Below are positions 20,495 to 28,917 of a stretch of DNA of 64,000 nucleotides, piece by piece. The position numbers were made by a program, and so were the translations under genes. The DNA comes from Firmicutes bacterium UBA3943 (GTDB lineage: Bacteria; Bacillota; UBA4882; UBA10575; UBA3943), in contig DGDV01000039.1 in NCBI GenBank assembly GCA_002385625.1, positions 124,851-188,850 on the forward strand. The letters run 5' to 3'. Under the pieces are notes generated by a model. It worked only from the letters and a program-made list of their open reading frames with translations, was not told the origin of the DNA and did not search any database. Positions within the stretch are counted from its first letter, which is position 1. Every line of letters begins with the position of its first letter.

Positions 20495-20575
20495 TTGCGG
20501 GTTTTTACCCGCTTACAACCGCTCGGGAAGGGTCCTAAACCTCCATCCATGGAGTACCCGGTCCGGCGAGTATTT
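20495..20575 (+). ncRNA. Probable L21 ribosomal-protein leader
   Basis: Structured 5' UTR between promoter and rplU (GCGGGT/ACCCGC hairpin, CTCCAT/ATGGAG hairpin, CTCG...CGAG). Position matches the Firmicutes L21 leader. Confidence 0.55.
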
Positions 20576-20595
20576 GCGGGGAGGTGTAGCGATTA

Positions 20596-20907
20596 ATGTA
20601 TGCGATTGTGGAATGTGGCGGAAAACAATACCGTGTGGCTCCCGGTGAGACGATCACTGTGGAGAAGCTGCCCCAAGCTGTCGGTGAAACCGTGGAACTG
20701 GACAAGGTGTTGCTGATCGGCGGTGGCGACAAGCTCGTGGTCGGCCAGCCCATGGTGGAAGGCGCCAAGGTAACAGCGAAGGTAGTGGAACAGGGTAAAG
20801 GCAAGAAGATTTTGGTCTTCCACTATAAGCCGAAGAAGAACATCCGGAAGCGTTACGGCCACCGTCAACCTTACACCCGGTTGAAAATCGAAGCAATCGA
20901 AGGATGA
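20596..20907 (+). CDS. rplU: 50S ribosomal protein L21
   Basis: [14 protein letters not shown]...GHRQPYT. Confidence 0.98.
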   Translation: MYAIVECGGKQYRVAPGETITVEKLPQAVGETVELDKVLLIGGGDKLVVGQPMVEGAKVTAKVVEQGKGKKILVFHYKPKKNIRKRYGHRQPYTRLKIEAIEG

Positions 20908-21245
20908 CACGGGTAACATTTAAGTGGACTGGCGACGGCCGGATCCGTGGGTTTACGGTAACTGGGCATGCTGGTTTTGCCGAGAAAGGCGAAGACCTGA
21001 TTTGTGCCGGGATAAGTGCGGTTACTTTCACGGGGCTGAATGCCTTGATCGAGGTGGCCGGGTTTGAACCTGTTTATGCAATTGATGCGGAGACGGCACA
21101 AGTGGAATGCTTTTTACCGGAGGACTTGCCAGAGGTGCAATTTCATATCGCCCAAGTGATCTTGGCGACAGTCCGTATAGGTTTTTTGGGAATAGCAGCG
21201 GAGAATTCCGAGTATCTTCAGGTGATTGATGAAAGGGGTGAATGA
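20904..21245 (+). CDS. prp: Ribosomal-processing cysteine protease Prp
   Basis: [15 protein letters not shown] catalytic His/Cys motif; lies between rplU and rpmA. Confidence 0.93.
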   Translation: MTRVTFKWTGDGRIRGFTVTGHAGFAEKGEDLICAGISAVTFTGLNALIEVAGFEPVYAIDAETAQVECFLPEDLPEVQFHIAQVILATVRIGFLGIAAENSEYLQVIDERGE

Positions 21246-21544
21246 CTGTGATCCGTTTTGATCTGCAGTTTTTCGCGCATAAAAAAGGTGTGGGCAGCTC
21301 ACGGAACGGTCGGGACAGTGAAGCGAAACGCCTTGGTGTGAAACGTTTTGGTGGCGAAAAGGTGAAAGCCGGCAATATTCTGGTCCGCCAACGCGGGACC
21401 AAGTTTCATCCCGGAAATAACGTTGGTATCGGCAAGGACGATACCCTGTTCGCGTTGATTGATGGGTATGTTGCTTTTGAAACGACAGTAAAGAACAAGA
21501 AGAAAGTTAGTGTGTATGCGGAGCCGAAGTCCGCTGCACTCTAA
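21242..21544 (+). CDS. rpmA: 50S ribosomal protein L27 with Prp-cleaved N-terminal extension
   Basis: [11 protein letters not shown]|[15 protein letters not shown]. Confidence 0.98.
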   Translation: MTVIRFDLQFFAHKKGVGSSRNGRDSEAKRLGVKRFGGEKVKAGNILVRQRGTKFHPGNNVGIGKDDTLFALIDGYVAFETTVKNKKKVSVYAEPKSAAL

Positions 21545-21563
21545 GGTTGTTTGCCTGTAAAAT

Positions 21564-21595
21564 AAAAGGCCCGGTGCTGATGCACCGGGCTTTTT
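21564..21595. terminator. Bidirectional intrinsic terminator
   Basis: AAAA-GGCCCGGTGC-TGAT-GCACCGGGC-TTTTT between convergent genes. Confidence 0.85.
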
Positions 21596-22570
21596 CTATT
21601 CTTCTTCGTACCGGATTTCTTTTATTTCCGTGTCGGCGCTTTCTTCATAGTTGTCTGTTGTTTCCGTTGGCCTGACCCGCGACTCAAGGATAGTCTGAAA
21701 ATCACTGGGACTGATCAGTCCTGTAGCTAATTTTTTGGATTCAATCTGTCCCTTACGGTTTTTACTGACAAGGGAGAGTTCTACGTACAGGTCAGCTTCT
21801 TGACAAGAAGGGCACTGTTGTACTGCCATGTCAACGCGGGGGTAATCGTGGGGTACCAAGTCAAGTAATTTCCCGGCGTTGGTGTAGTCCCCCCGATTGA
21901 GGGCCCAAAGGAGTTGTTCGCTTTTATTGTGGTCGGTGGAGTCCACATATTTTTTCTTGCCATACCAGTTATCACATCTTTCGCAGAAGGGTTCCGATGC
22001 GGCACTAAAGGCCATGGCCCCGCTGACTCCAGCAAAGATGAGAAGCTCAACGAGGAAGTAGATCCAGGTGAAAGTTTCGTTGAGTTCAATGCCACGCGAG
22101 GAAGGACGGCTGACTTTGGTAATGGTAATGCCTATTTTGGCCTGATATTTCATGAAACCCCAAAAACCTGGTGAACCTGTCACTTTAGTTAAAAATATAT
22201 TTGCGGCCTGGTCAGGATTCAGTGTCTGGCAGACGTGAGAAAGTTCGGGGTCTGCCTTTAACACTTCGTAGAGGCCCTGTTTAAAGAAGTTAAATTCGGC
22301 GAAGTTGTAAGTAGCAAAAATCAGGATACCGATGAGGGCAGCCATGGTAAAGGCCAGCAAGGGATGGCGGATCTTACCTTTTGTGATGGCAAAAGAAGCC
22401 AGATACCCGCCGGCTATACCGAAGAGGAGCGGAAAGATAAGAATAAGGTAGACAAGTTTAGAGATGGCATACATTATGCCGCCTAAAAGGAGACCACCGA
22501 CGGTCCCGATAGCGATTAAAAGCAATATACCGTTTAAGGGAGCTTCGTTACTTGGTTGGTATTTTTTCAT
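21596..22570 (-). CDS. Hypothetical membrane protein with C-terminal CxxC...CxxC domain
   Basis: ATG at 22570 with GGAGG RBS; about 4 TM segments; FCERCDNW and CPSCQE. Confidence 0.7.
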   Translation of the reverse strand: MKKYQPSNEAPLNGILLLIAIGTVGGLLLGGIMYAISKLVYLILIFPLLFGIAGGYLASFAITKGKIRHPLLAFTMAALIGILIFATYNFAEFNFFKQGLYEVLKADPELSHVCQTLNPDQAANIFLTKVTGSPGFWGFMKYQAKIGITITKVSRPSSRGIELNETFTWIYFLVELLIFAGVSGAMAFSAASEPFCERCDNWYGKKKYVDSTDHNKSEQLLWALNRGDYTNAGKLLDLVPHDYPRVDMAVQQCPSCQEADLYVELSLVSKNRKGQIESKKLATGLISPSDFQTILESRVRPTETTDNYEESADTEIKEIRYEEE

Positions 22571-22619
22571 GTTATTCCTCCTACGTGATAATAATAGGGC
22601 GGATAATTTTGATCGTTTA

Positions 22620-23102
22620 GCCATTGAGGATCGATTTTCCTGCTTTTGGGAGGAAGGGATTTTCAATAAAAAGGAATATATTAACAATGCCGAGAAGATA
22701 TATTCGGCAACGGCGGATTTAACGGACGCTCCCAATCAGACATATACCGTTACCTTGGAGCTGGCAAGCGGGACAAAGGTACTCCTTGCCACGAACCAAG
22801 CCTTTGAAGTAACCTGGGGCGACTTGGGTTTACGCTTGGGTGAGCTCTATATGCAGCCCTATAATCTGACCCAGGAGGTGCGGTCTTTGAGGCTCATCTG
22901 GGCGGGTTATGGGGTGGCCTTCCAGGTCTACCCTTTGGGTTTACCGTTACCGAGAGGGCAAAGAATTGCGTCATGAAATCATCCCCTCGACCAACGAGAG
23001 GCTTACCGGGCTAGGTTTCAAGGCCAACCTGGGATACTTGAACAACTTAACCAGGTTAAAAAGGATGCCGATGATTTAATTAGCGGTTGGAGCAGTCGCT
23101 AA
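22620..23102 (+). pseudogene. Possible gene remnant with no credible start and an internal TGA
   Basis: ORF 22464..22976 overlaps the divergent gene and lacks a good start. The same frame stays open 41 codons past TGA 22974-22976, to TAA at 23100-23102. Confidence 0.35.
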
Positions 23103-23114
23103 TCCAAAGAAACT

Positions 23115-23753
23115 GTGAACCGGGAATGCGATGATACTGGGGAAGGGATGGATATTCAGTGCCATACCAAGTCCCATCCTTTCCTCACTCGAGCTAGGCA
23201 AAATGAAAGTCAAGCGGCTTATCTTGAACGGTTACAAAGAGAAATCCATGGTTCAAAGGTAATCCTAGAGGAAAAATTGGGTCGGAAAGTGGAGTTATTG
23301 GCGTATCCCTATGGTTGGTTCAATCAGACTGTCGAAACGCTGGCGGTTCAAGCCGGTTATCGCGGGATCTTCACGGTGAATTGGGGAGTAAATTCAGTAA
23401 CTGACAACCCGTTAAGATTTAAAAGACGGGTTATGGAAAATACCATGAGTCTTGAAGATCTAAATCAAATATTAACCGCTAAACCGTTGCCGATCGAGAT
23501 AATTCAACCGGAGGACGCGGCTCGAATCGGACAAGTCCCGGTAATTAAGTTTAGAACGACTGATCCCTGGATCGATAGGGTCGAGGTTAAAGTTCGTTCT
23601 GTTACCGAGCAGATAACTAAAGAACAGGACGGTTTCTTTACCTGGTCCGGCTTGGAAAGCTTGCCTCCGGGTTATCATATGATCGTCATTAAGGGTGTTG
23701 ACCATGAAAACCAACCCTTGATCAATTCATGGGGTTTCGATTATCAAAGGTAA
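23115..23753 (+). pseudogene. N-terminally truncated polysaccharide deacetylase (CE4/NodB)
   Basis: Retains IQCHTKSHP (HxxxH) and LAYPYG but lacks the upstream TFDDG motif. Has an Ig-like C-terminus. Confidence 0.65.
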
Positions 23754-23868
23754 AGAATTCGTGGGCTAAAGAAGTTATTGCTGAAGACTTTGGAAGTTTT
23801 CTTCTACAAATGGTTATGGAACAAATAGAGATCGAGAGAATGAGTTGATAGAAAGGCTGACGTCGCCC

Positions 23869-23897
23869 TTGACAATTGCTGCCGTGGATTATAATAT
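23869..23897 (+). promoter_or_regulatory. Sigma-A promoter of the ABC-F leader
   Basis: TTGACA-N17-TAATAT (overlapping a TATAAT). Confidence 0.6.
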
Positions 23898-23936
23898 CTA
23901 ACTTGAGGGTTATAATAAAACCTTAAAACCATTGCT

Positions 23937-24133
23937 AAAAGGAGAAGCCAATGCGCCAATAAGTAACGTCTACCAAGAACAGAACAATAAATGGCTAAAA
24001 CCGGGTTTTTCTCGGTTTTGTGCCATGCTCATCTTTTGGTAGGATGTTACGCGGTTTCGGCTTGGCGCATGGAATTTGGCTATCCTTATAGCGGATAGTG
24101 TCATTGCGCCGCCTGATTGGGCGGTTTTGTTTT
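23937..24133 (+). promoter_or_regulatory. Ribosome-dependent transcription attenuator with 3-codon uORF (Met-Arg-Gln)
   Basis: SD AAAAGGAG; ATG CGC CAA TAA at 23951-23962; long hairpin 23947-24080; terminator CCGCCT-GATT-GGGCGG-TTTTGTTTT at 24109-24133; alternative pairing 24059-24069 with 24105-24113. Confidence 0.8.
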
Positions 24134-24260
24134 CATAGAAAAACCCTTCGGCTAAGTCAATGACCCCAGGTTGCTAGTCATGGGGCATTGCGGAAAACAA
24201 TTTACCGCCGGTAATATCAACCGTACCGTATGCATCCTGCCACATAAAGGAGTGGATAGG

Positions 24261-25985
24261 GTGCTTTTGTTTTCTACGCATCAGCTCGCATATATTTTAG
24301 GCGACCGGACGGTCTTTTCGGATCTCAATTTCACTGTTGAACTCGGTGAAAAAACGGCTTTGGTCGGACCCAACGGCGTCGGCAAAACCACCTTGCTCCG
24401 GATCTTGTCCGGGAGTATCAGGCCCACCGCCGGACAGGTGACCTATTATAAAAAGGTCCGGACAGCCATGCTGGTCCAGGACCCCGTCTTTCCCCACGGG
24501 CAAACCGTTGCTGCAGTCCTCAGGGGCGCGCTGGTCCGGAACGGAATGGATGCATCCGGTCAGGTCGAAGCGATGCTTAAGCAGTTTGGCCTGGCTGGTT
24601 TGCAAGACCGCCCCGCCGCCCCCCTCTCTGGGGGAGAGAAGACCCGGTTGGGCCTGGCCTGTGTTACCGCCCTCGAACCGGATCTGCTGCTCCTGGACGA
24701 ACCCACCAATCACCTGGATACTGCTCACCTGGACTGGTTGGCCGATTTCCTACGGGAGTACCGCGGGACAGTGCTGATCGTCTCCCACGACCGTTACTTC
24801 CTGGACCGGACTGTAACCCGGGTCCTGGAGCTGGCGCCTACAGGGATTACCGCTTACTCCGGGAACTATACCGAGTATCACCGGATAAAGCAAGCCAGAA
24901 TTGCCCAGGACCTAAAGACCTACTACGATCAAGAGAAGCAAGTCAAAAAACTGGAACAGGCCATCGAACAACAAAAAACCTGGGCCGCCCGAGCCCACGG
25001 CAGCGCCACGGAAAAGGCCAGGGCAAATTGTGTATATAAGGAGTTTTACCGGGCGAAAGCCAAAAGAATGGACCGGCAAGTAAAGAACACCGTTAAACGT
25101 TTGGAAAGAATGAAAAAGGAACGAATCGCCAAACCAAAGGAGTCAGTCCCTGTCTACCTGGACTTTGCCGGGGAAAGGCGGGGGAACAGATTGCTGCTGG
25201 CGGAGGGGCTCCATAAGTCCTATGGCACCAAGACCTTATTCCAAGGGGTGGACTTAACCCTGCGTCCCGGCGAAAAGGTGGCTCTGGTTGGGCCTAACGG
25301 TGCGGGTAAAACCACTTTGTTGCGGATTATTATGGGTCAAGAAACGCCCGATCAGGGTAAACTGTGGCTTTCCCCCAGCTTGCGCTTGGGGTATCTTGCC
25401 CAGGAGTTGCAGGACGTGACGAAAGGGGAATCGGTGCTGGCGGAAGTGGGTAAAGTCTGCGCTGATACCAAAGCTGTCCGGAATTTGCTGGCTAATTTGC
25501 TTTTCCGCCGCGATGACGTTTATAAACCCTGTGCTGTTCTAAGCATGGGGGAACGGGTCCGGGTCGCCTTGGCCAAATTGCTGTTGGGCACCTATGATCT
25601 GCTGCTCTTGGATGAGCCCACCAACTACCTGGATCTGGAAACTCGCGAAAAGTTGGAGGAAGCCCTCTGTGCATTTCCTGGGGCTATTATCATCGTCTCC
25701 CATGATCGTTACCTGCTGGACCGGGTGTGCAGTACCGTCTGGGCGTTGGAGGACCGGCGTTTGCAGACTTATCCCGGAAACTACTCGGAATACCGGGCGG
25801 CTTTGAGCGAAAAAGATGCCGAACCGGATCAAGAGAACCAGCGTTTGGCCTTGGAATACCGCAGGTCAGCCCTGGAAGGCCGACTGGCCACGGTCGACCG
25901 GGCAAAGGAGCCAGAGGAGTATGCGCGATTGGAAACAGAATGGAAAGCAGTGCTGGCGCAGTTGCGGTCTTTGTTGGAACAATGA
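24261..25985 (+). CDS. ABC-F ribosomal protection protein (VmlR/CplR-like ARE-ABCF)
   Basis: Two NBDs (GPNGVGKT/LSGGE/DEPTNHLD and GPNGAGKT/LSMGE/DEPTNYLD), no TM segments, linker WAARAH...KEFYRAKAKRMDRQVK...KRLE. GTG start after AAAGGAG. Confidence 0.85.
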   Translation: MLLFSTHQLAYILGDRTVFSDLNFTVELGEKTALVGPNGVGKTTLLRILSGSIRPTAGQVTYYKKVRTAMLVQDPVFPHGQTVAAVLRGALVRNGMDASGQVEAMLKQFGLAGLQDRPAAPLSGGEKTRLGLACVTALEPDLLLLDEPTNHLDTAHLDWLADFLREYRGTVLIVSHDRYFLDRTVTRVLELAPTGITAYSGNYTEYHRIKQARIAQDLKTYYDQEKQVKKLEQAIEQQKTWAARAHGSATEKARANCVYKEFYRAKAKRMDRQVKNTVKRLERMKKERIAKPKESVPVYLDFAGERRGNRLLLAEGLHKSYGTKTLFQGVDLTLRPGEKVALVGPNGAGKTTLLRIIMGQETPDQGKLWLSPSLRLGYLAQELQDVTKGESVLAEVGKVCADTKAVRNLLANLLFRRDDVYKPCAVLSMGERVRVALAKLLLGTYDLLLLDEPTNYLDLETREKLEEALCAFPGAIIIVSHDRYLLDRVCSTVWALEDRRLQTYPGNYSEYRAALSEKDAEPDQENQRLALEYRRSALEGRLATVDRAKEPEEYARLETEWKAVLAQLRSLLEQ

Positions 25986-26027
25986 ACGCGATGCTCTGAT
26001 GCTCTCTTAACTGAACAAGAAGCAAAT

Positions 26028-26344
26028 TTACTCCAAACATAAAAAGGCCCTTTTGGGCCTTTTTTTCTGGGTTAAAGCTGTTGCAGTTTTGATAAACATC
26101 CGAAAGTCATCAAGGTTATTTTGCAGGATTGCATAAATCTCTTTATCCTCAATTTCATGATAGAGATGAACGACCTTATTGCGGAATTTGGTCATTACAA
26201 TATATTTTTCGGTATGCTCAGCATCGAAAAAACCATGTTCTGCCATCAGCCGGAAACTGTCTGAAGTCTTTTCCGGCGTCCTCAGACGATGCCTGGTAAC
26301 AAAATGATCGCCAGTTTATGACGGATTTTGTCTGGATTGATCAT
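26028..26344 (-). pseudogene. HepT-like (DUF86/HEPN) RNase toxin, internally deleted and frameshifted
   Basis: ATG 26344 gives MINPDKIRHKLAII... and then an early stop. A second frame carries DHFVTRHRLRTPEKTSDSFRLM...KFRNKVVHLY (R-X4-H-X-Y). Confidence 0.75.
26041..26066. terminator. Bidirectional terminator-like hairpin
   Basis: AAAAAGGCCC-TTTT-GGGCCTTTTTTT. Confidence 0.75.
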
Positions 26345-26756
26345 TAGCGTAATCCTCCTTTAACCCTTCATCCCAGTCTTTAAAGAATTGATAGTAGCGA
26401 TAGGCTTGATCATGATATTGGCAAAACAGATTTTCCAGATAGTCCGAGACAGCTAACTGGTCGGCTTCATAGATCAATTGGCCTGTGGAGACCACGGTAA
26501 ACTGTAAACGTATAGGAGCTTTATTAAGATTAAGGATATCCACTTGTTCAAAGTTGATAAGTTCCGATAACCGCGATTGGTAAGTTAACTCATCATACAG
26601 ACTGATCGTGTCTTTAAAAAGGATTGCCAAATCGAGATCGCTGCCGGGATGAGCATAGCCCTCTATAGTTGAACCAAAAACATAAACAGCCAGGACCTTT
26701 TCGTCCTTGCTAAAAAAATCCTTTAATTTAGGTATTATTTCTGCCAGGTTAAGCAT
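26316..26756 (-). CDS. MNT (MntA-like) nucleotidyltransferase antitoxin
   Basis: VYVFGS-X10-DLDLAI and VDILNLN; directly upstream of the HEPN remnant. Confidence 0.88.
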   Translation of the reverse strand: MLNLAEIIPKLKDFFSKDEKVLAVYVFGSTIEGYAHPGSDLDLAILFKDTISLYDELTYQSRLSELINFEQVDILNLNKAPIRLQFTVVSTGQLIYEADQLAVSDYLENLFCQYHDQAYRYYQFFKDWDEGLKEDYANDQSRQNPS

Positions 26757-26893
26757 GGAAATTCACCACACTTTGTTTTAATAACTGTCGTAAAGGACAA
26801 CTGTTTTATTTATTATATCGTAAGTTCGAAGAGATTCAGGTATTCGGGATAATGTATCACAAGCTTGCTTTGGTTGATATTTTTACCCGCTAG

Positions 26894-28537
26894 CTATTCT
26901 ACCGGCTCCAAAAAACAATACCGCTGACGTACTTGCTGGCCCCGTCCTTTGTTGAGGATGAAACGTTGTTTTACCTTCAGGGTTGCCAGATTTAGCACCA
27001 ATAGTTCTTGGTCGGTTCGGAGGATGATCCGATGCCCGTCTTGGTAAAGCTTAATGCGCCGCGCTTTGTTTTTAAATTTGGCGATCCGCTGCAAGGACTC
27101 TTTATTCTGGTCAAATCGGTACAAATGATTGATACCGGCCACCAAGGTTTGGGGTTTGGGCTGCCGGATATGGTACATGCCTAGGATTGGTTCCTTCAGC
27201 GGGATAATTTTGGAGTTTTGCAAGGCCGGATCATACACGGCAATCTCATTATGGACATAATTTAGCACGTAAAACTTGGTGCAATCTGCGTTGGCCGATA
27301 CGATCGCTCCGGGATCGGGGAAGATATCGGGTGAAGACCACCAAGGCCGGAACCCCTGGCGTTCTCCGGCTTCTTGCAGCAGGTTGGCGGAGAGATTAAA
27401 GAAACGGATGTCGCCGTTTTGCGGACAGGCGGCAATTAAATAATCGGCGTCCGGAACGTGAAAAAATGAGTAAGGAAAATGGTATTTGTACGGACTGGCC
27501 AAGGTCTGGTAAATATTTGGCCCTGTCGGCACATGGTCCGTTGTCGCATCCTCCAACTGGAGAATACTCAGTTGGTCCTCGCCAAAAGGCCCCAAGGCCA
27601 GGAAATACAGGGTATCCTTCTCTGGCAAATAGGTAAAATCTGTCCAGCCGGTTTTGAGGGCGAAGTAGCTAATTCCCGACGGCGTTACCTTAAAGACATC
27701 GCCATACCCGCCGATCCCGAAGAAGGTCTCGTGCCAACCTCCGCAGATAACCAGGAGCGTGTTGTTCTTCCAATAATAACGGGAATAAACGGGCGCCACC
27801 GGGAGTTCGGCTTGGGCCAGGACGGTGTTGGCGGTAATATTAATCAACCGGACGGATCCTTTTGCCCTTGGCTGTCGCTTCAATTCCCTGGTACTTCTAT
27901 TGTCAAAGGAGACCGTCGCCACTGTCTCTGCGGTCAGTGGATAAATAGCTTGCGGATGGCTGTGTTCGACCAAGGTGGACCGGACCTTCCACGGTGAGTA
28001 GCCAAGAACGGTCAGCTGCGGTTGTTCCTGTCCCTTGACTAAAGATAACAAAAGTTTTTCGTCCCAGGAAAGCTTAAGATCATACACTTGTGTGTAGTTA
28101 AGTAATTTTTCTGCTGTCATTTTCTCCGTATCATAATGCATGAGGACAAACCCCTCTTGCGTCAAGGAACTCTTATAGGCGATGAAAAAATGCCGCCGGT
28201 CTTGGGTGACTGCCCAGCGAAAGGGGGGATAACCCAGGTCGATGCGATGGATACGCTTCCCCTTGGCATTGTATAAAGCCAACTGCCCCGGGATGCTGTT
28301 GTCTGCTCCTGTCTCTGGCGGTAAAACTACTAAAAAACCGCCGGAGCCGGTTCTTAAGACCAAATCCGGTTTCCTGGTCATCTTCGGGCCCTTGGCAAAA
28401 GTATCGGCGCCATCTTTCAGATAGAGGATTTGCCGGCCTTTTAGATTGTATATGTAATAGTCTTGGGCTGCTGCACTGCTATCTGCCCCAGTGGTCAGCA
28501 GACCCCAAAACGCCAATGTGAACAGGAATTTTTTCAA
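26894..28537 (-). CDS. Secreted hypothetical protein, probably beta-propeller-rich
   Basis: TTG 28537 after GGAGGG; signal peptide MKKFLFTLAFWGLL...AAA; repeated beta-strand patterns (S.D.K.L, KFYVLN...EIAVYD). Confidence 0.6.
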   Translation of the reverse strand: MKKFLFTLAFWGLLTTGADSSAAAQDYYIYNLKGRQILYLKDGADTFAKGPKMTRKPDLVLRTGSGGFLVVLPPETGADNSIPGQLALYNAKGKRIHRIDLGYPPFRWAVTQDRRHFFIAYKSSLTQEGFVLMHYDTEKMTAEKLLNYTQVYDLKLSWDEKLLLSLVKGQEQPQLTVLGYSPWKVRSTLVEHSHPQAIYPLTAETVATVSFDNRSTRELKRQPRAKGSVRLINITANTVLAQAELPVAPVYSRYYWKNNTLLVICGGWHETFFGIGGYGDVFKVTPSGISYFALKTGWTDFTYLPEKDTLYFLALGPFGEDQLSILQLEDATTDHVPTGPNIYQTLASPYKYHFPYSFFHVPDADYLIAACPQNGDIRFFNLSANLLQEAGERQGFRPWWSSPDIFPDPGAIVSANADCTKFYVLNYVHNEIAVYDPALQNSKIIPLKEPILGMYHIRQPKPQTLVAGINHLYRFDQNKESLQRIAKFKNKARRIKLYQDGHRIILRTDQELLVLNLATLKVKQRFILNKGRGQQVRQRYCFLEPVE

Positions 28538-28799
28538 GTTAAACCCTCCAGATATGTATCTTGGTTGGAGTATACGGCGCTTTAAATAACAATTTTGAAC
28601 ATCCAACAATAGGGTTGTTGACACAAAAATGTGTTATGACGGGTGTTCATGTGACTGGAGTTTGTAGCAGTTACAAGGTTTTTCAGTATTAATTCGTTAA
28701 ATTTGGTTTTTATCCTTTGTTACGTTTCCCCTGGATCCGCATGCAGACTTTTAACTGGAAGTCAAGGACCTTAAACAAAAATTAAACAAAATATAATAA

Positions 28800-28892
28800 T
28801 TGAATTAACTGTGCTCCCATTGTATAATGTTAAACGTTTGGAAGGGAGGGAAAGAAGCATTTAACTGGGATATTGTATAAATATTTGCACAA
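28800..28892 (+). promoter_or_regulatory. Sigma-A promoter plus palindromic operator candidates for the C25 gene
   Basis: TTGAAT-N17-TATAAT (28800-28828), AAACGTTT palindrome at 28832-28839, imperfect palindrome TTGTATAAATATTTGCACAA at 28873-28892. Confidence 0.5.
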
Positions 28893-28917
28893 CCAAAGAA
28901 GTAGGGAGCGATAAACA

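Noticed and set aside
22974-22976. In-frame TGA followed by 41 open codons, considered as selenocysteine or read-through
   Set aside because: No redox motif context, no evident SECIS hairpin and no good start for the ORF; gene decay is the simpler explanation.
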